Shown here: piece by piece, positions 60,669 to 64,000 of the stretch
Layout of the letters: each line of letters opens with the position of its first letter
How positions within the stretch are numbered: position 1 is the first letter of the stretch
Origin: Podospora anserina
Lineage: Eukaryota
NCBI GenBank assembly: GCA_017654855.1
Contig: CM030338.1
Location: 1,984,001 to 2,048,000, forward strand
Reading direction: 5' to 3'
Length of the DNA stretch: 64,000 bases
Program-made: the position numbers and the translations under genes
The notes under the pieces: generated by a model
The model's database searches: none
Told to the model about the DNA's origin: nothing
The model's input: the letters and a program-made list of their open reading frames with translations, nothing else

Positions 60669-62780
60669 CTAATCAACATACCTCTTTGGACTCTTTGGAT
60701 ACATGAGATGCAACCGATCCCGAAAATGCGCATGCTTGATCCCGTTGGGCCTCGCCTGGGCAAAGTGCTCGATCGCATCCTCAACCTTCCACCCCAACCT
60801 CTCCACCAAATAACACACAATCAAAAACCCCGTCCGGTTAAACCCATAATGACAATGCACCCCAATCTCAAACTTGGTTTGCTTCGCTCTGATCTCGTCC
60901 ACCTTCTCGATAAACCGATCAATATCCGCCCTCGACGGCGGAATCTTCGACACCGTTGCCACCTTGTGATAGCTGACCTGCCAAACCCTCAAATTGTTCG
61001 GTTCGTACACAGGCGTGTCGTGCGAGATGTCAATCACATCCCTAATGGTTTTCCCCCCGTACTTTGCCCCAAACTTCTGAGGAGAGTGCTCACCATCCGT
61101 CTCCCTCAACGTCTTCATCGCCCTAAACACTCCCGCAATCGGGTCCGACACGGGCACCACACCCCGCCACTTCTCATAATTCTTCACATCCCACTTCCCA
61201 CCCTCGTTCAAATACTGCAGCTGCCAACTCAGGTCCAACCTCTTAGTGATTTGGTCGGTCAAAAACTCCGATATCAACCCAGCCACCATCTCCTCGGAAA
61301 AAAGCAGCCCATGACCCCCAACCTTAATATCAAAATTCTTAATATACTTCGGTGGGTGGGACGGCAGAGGCGGAATCCAACTGTCCAAACTCGGCGTCTC
61401 CGAAGCACAAGACTCCTCAGGAGTTGAGCTCGACAAGCTAGCCACCTCAGAGTCCCTAACCATAGAAGTCGGAGGAGCAGGAGCAGCACCGCCACCCCCC
61501 AAGCTAGTATCCGAACCCGGTGATCCCCGAGACCGCGCGCCCGCGCTCCCCAAGCTCAGAGTCGAAATAGGTGAATTCTTCCAATCCAAAATCCGGCCCG
61601 CCCTCCACGGCGGCGTCGTGTGCGAGTGCTCAACCAAATCATAAACCTTCTCCGCCACCCACATCGGCGTAATCTCATCCAACCACCCACTGATTATCAA
61701 GACCGGAACCTGAAGGCCCGTCCAGACACTATTCTCCGGGAAACCCCCCTTCGGATTCCCCTTTTCATCAAACTCTGGCAACATCCCCCAAGCCATACGT
61801 CTAAACACGGGCGTTCTGCTCTGGTAGTTAAACATGAGCTGCAGCTTCCTCGCCTTGGCATCCGCCATGGGGCCAACAATCCGACTGACACTCGCACTGT
61901 TGATCCCCCCCCTCCTATCCCAAGCCCTCCAGAGGTCGAAAATGAAGCCCGGGATCCAAAGCAGTCGCCGATACTTTTTCACCTGCTCCTCCGTCGGCAT
62001 CAGAGCCGGACACATAGCCACAAGTCCAAGAACACTGTCACAAAGATCCGACTGTATCTCGTGCCGAGGGTTGATAAGCAGTGTCGCCAGTCCACATCCC
62101 ATACTGTGCGCTATCAACACCACCCGCTGCCTCTCTTCACGATAGTCATTGATGATCATCTCCAAGAGTTCCACAAGCGCATCGGTGGTGTAAGCGACCC
62201 AGCTGGTGTTGGTGTACTCTGAACGTCCGCATCCTGGCAGATCCACGGCAAGACAAGACGCAAGGTGGGTGAGGCTGGTCAGGATCCGGTGGAACTGGGC
62301 TACTGACCCCCCGAGGCCGTGGATGAAGACGAGGAGGGGGAGTGGTGGGTCTTTGGGGAGGTTGTCTGTTTGTGGGTGTTTTCGGTAAAAGATACGGAGT
62401 TTGTTGTAGAAGGCTTTGGAGGTGGTGTAGGACTTGAATTCAGAGTATTTTTCGAGGAGGGGAGGATCTGTTGATTTGGCGTCGAGCTTCTCTTCTGTGA
62501 AAACCATGGCCACCATCCAGAGCGCCAGGCCGCTTGTGGCGGTGAGGGCAAAGGCTTTGAAGAATTTGAATTTGAGGGATAGTCCTTTGACGGATGTTAG
62601 TGCGGATTCCGTGATGATTTTGGGTGGGGGTTCGGTGGTTAGTGAGTGTTCATGCCAACATTTGGCAGATTCAGTGATGATTTTGGGTAATAGCATGGTG
62701 GATTTGGGTGGGGGTTGGGGGGTCAGTGAGTGACCGTGCCGATATGCGGCGGCTTTCGTGATGACTTGGGGTAGTAGCAT
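60669..62780 (-). CDS. Alpha/beta-hydrolase fused to a C-terminal cysteine (dual-specificity / RNA 5'-triphosphatase-like) phosphatase
   Basis: FIHGLGGS, DLPGCGRS, IAHSMG, SGWLDE and GGHGL are hydrolase motifs. VIDISHDTPVY, VSKIPPS and IGVHCHYGFNRTGFLIVCYLVE...FAQARPNGIKH are phosphatase motifs. Confidence 0.88.
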   Translation of the reverse strand: MLLPQVITKAAAYRHGHSLTPQPPPKSTMLLPKIITESAKCWHEHSLTTEPPPKIITESALTSVKGLSLKFKFFKAFALTATSGLALWMVAMVFTEEKLDAKSTDPPLLEKYSEFKSYTTSKAFYNKLRIFYRKHPQTDNLPKDPPLPLLVFIHGLGGSVAQFHRILTSLTHLASCLAVDLPGCGRSEYTNTSWVAYTTDALVELLEMIINDYREERQRVVLIAHSMGCGLATLLINPRHEIQSDLCDSVLGLVAMCPALMPTEEQVKKYRRLLWIPGFIFDLWRAWDRRGGINSASVSRIVGPMADAKARKLQLMFNYQSRTPVFRRMAWGMLPEFDEKGNPKGGFPENSVWTGLQVPVLIISGWLDEITPMWVAEKVYDLVEHSHTTPPWRAGRILDWKNSPISTLSLGSAGARSRGSPGSDTSLGGGGAAPAPPTSMVRDSEVASLSSSTPEESCASETPSLDSWIPPLPSHPPKYIKNFDIKVGGHGLLFSEEMVAGLISEFLTDQITKRLDLSWQLQYLNEGGKWDVKNYEKWRGVVPVSDPIAGVFRAMKTLRETDGEHSPQKFGAKYGGKTIRDVIDISHDTPVYEPNNLRVWQVSYHKVATVSKIPPSRADIDRFIEKVDEIRAKQTKFEIGVHCHYGFNRTGFLIVCYLVERLGWKVEDAIEHFAQARPNGIKHAHFRDRLHLMYPKSPKRYVD

Positions 62781-63671
62781 GGTGAAGTTGGGGTGGTGGT
62801 GGGTGTATCATAAGAGAAGATAGGTGTGTTTGAGGAAATACTGTCATTGGACATACAAGATGAGAAGATGAAGAATAGACCGGCCGTCCAGAAGAGAATC
62901 GGAAATCTCAGGGCTGATGGTAGTTTCCAATTGAAGTGATTGTATCAGGCGGCGAGAGTAGTTGGGTTGAGTGTGGTAAGAGTCATCCGAACTGGATGAA
63001 ACAAGGAGATGGCGATTTGGCTTGGTTTTTCGCTGGGTATCTTATAAGAGAGCAGGAAAGAATGAAGAAAGGGCAGGAGAAAAAGACCAAAGACGATATT
63101 CTTTGGAAGGCGGCGCAGGAAAGAGCAGTGGTGTTTAATGACAAACGATCAGGTCGAGATGGAAATTGGAAAGAGCCGGTGCCGACTGCCCGGTCAGTCA
63201 GAGCTTCACCTTCACCGAAGACCTGCCGCCATGGAATTAACCGAGCCACGCAGACGGGATACACTGAGATATGTTTCCCGGGCAAACAGATGTTTGTGTA
63301 CCATGGTACTAAGTACAACCTGTCAATTGGATATTCTGTGAGACTACCATCGCACTCACTGTCTTGCTATGTGTGTCTATGTGTCTTGGATATCTCATGA
63401 GGGTTATCCGATAGTTTTGATCATTAAACCCGCTTAGCTGCATATCTGCGCATAACGGCGGGCCGAACTGCAGACCCACCCGGTCCCGCAGCGTCATCAC
63501 AAGGAAGGATCAGGGAACAGCTTCCGAGTCACAGCGACGCCGGACCGGACCCGCCCTGGATGCCCTACCCCTTTCCGGCCACCCGAAATAGCGCGCCTAG
63601 CTCCGGCAACCTCCAACCTAACCAGAACATCACCAACACAGACACTACCCAACCTCATAACCGCCACCGTC

Positions 63672-64000
63672 ATGGCCACCCACCGCCTGACCTTCCTCTA
63701 CCCCCACCTATTCAAATCAACAGCCCGCTGGGGTGAGCCCGCAATCGCTGCCCGAGGAGCTCGTCGCAAGTCGCAACACCCACCTGCCTTCCTCTGCCAA
63801 CACCAACACCATGGCTTCGCATCGCCCTCGGCCGGGAGACAAGCCGCCTTCGCCAAACGAGCCGGCAAGGGCGTAGAGCCACTGCCACACCACGAGACCT
63901 CTGACCTGCCCCCTAAACCCGCGCAAGACAGCAAACAAGATGGAGCTGGGAAGCATAGTCAAGATTCGAAGCCAGGGGACGAAGGGAAACAGCAAGAAAC
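63672..64000 (+). CDS. 5' part of a probable mitochondrial protein (possibly DUF1640/CCDC90-like); runs off window
   Basis: Good start context (CCGTCATGG) and open to the window end: MATHRLTFLYPHLFKSTARWGEPAIAARGARRKSQ...KRAGKGVEPLP. The N-terminus is Arg-rich and presequence-like. The family guess is from memory only. Confidence 0.6.
   Translation, partial: MATHRLTFLYPHLFKSTARWGEPAIAARGARRKSQHPPAFLCQHQHHGFASPSAGRQAAFAKRAGKGVEPLPHHETSDLPPKPAQDSKQDGAGKHSQDSKPGDEGKQQE

Noticed and set aside
60525-60671. Stop-loss extension of the hydrolase-phosphatase gene (TAG followed by about 45 open codons including WLGVR x5)
   Set aside because: The open stretch is short and largely explained by the stop-free 15-bp repeat. 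The other TAG-ending genes (931, 17565, 33660, 60419) have only short extensions.

Overview
Eukaryotic, intron-containing DNA from a filamentous ascomycete. Short GT..CTRAC..YAG introns, gene content and composition suggest Sordariales, plausibly Podospora (inference). Conserved genes: 3' end of CCT8, mitoribosomal mL46, a RING-PHD protein, RPL43, a saccharopine dehydrogenase-like oxidoreductase, CFIm25, a BMT5-like rRNA methyltransferase, a DUF2841/YDR124W-like protein, a YCF1-like ABCC transporter, UPF0047/YjbQ, DML1/Misato, a Pho8-like alkaline phosphatase, a SnoaL-like protein, an alpha/beta-hydrolase plus Cys-phosphatase fusion, and the start of a probable mitochondrial protein. Accessory or decayed material: a frameshifted dynamin/SLIP-GC-like GTPase, a four-copy tandem family of tiny orphan ORFs, a frameshifted small secreted Cys-rich protein, an HNH pseudogene, a RIP-like TIR element and a dispersed MITE-like repeat. 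The best leads are two. (1) A large uncharacterised gene has its TAG stop (22786-22788) in a hairpin loop, followed by 259 open in-frame codons carrying repeated IKLK/KTPS motifs, which makes it a candidate for sexual-stage A-to-I stop-loss editing. (2) A highly structured candidate Pol III RNA with a pre-miRNA-like hairpin lies at about 56230-56450. All family calls are from recognised motifs by eye; no searches were run.
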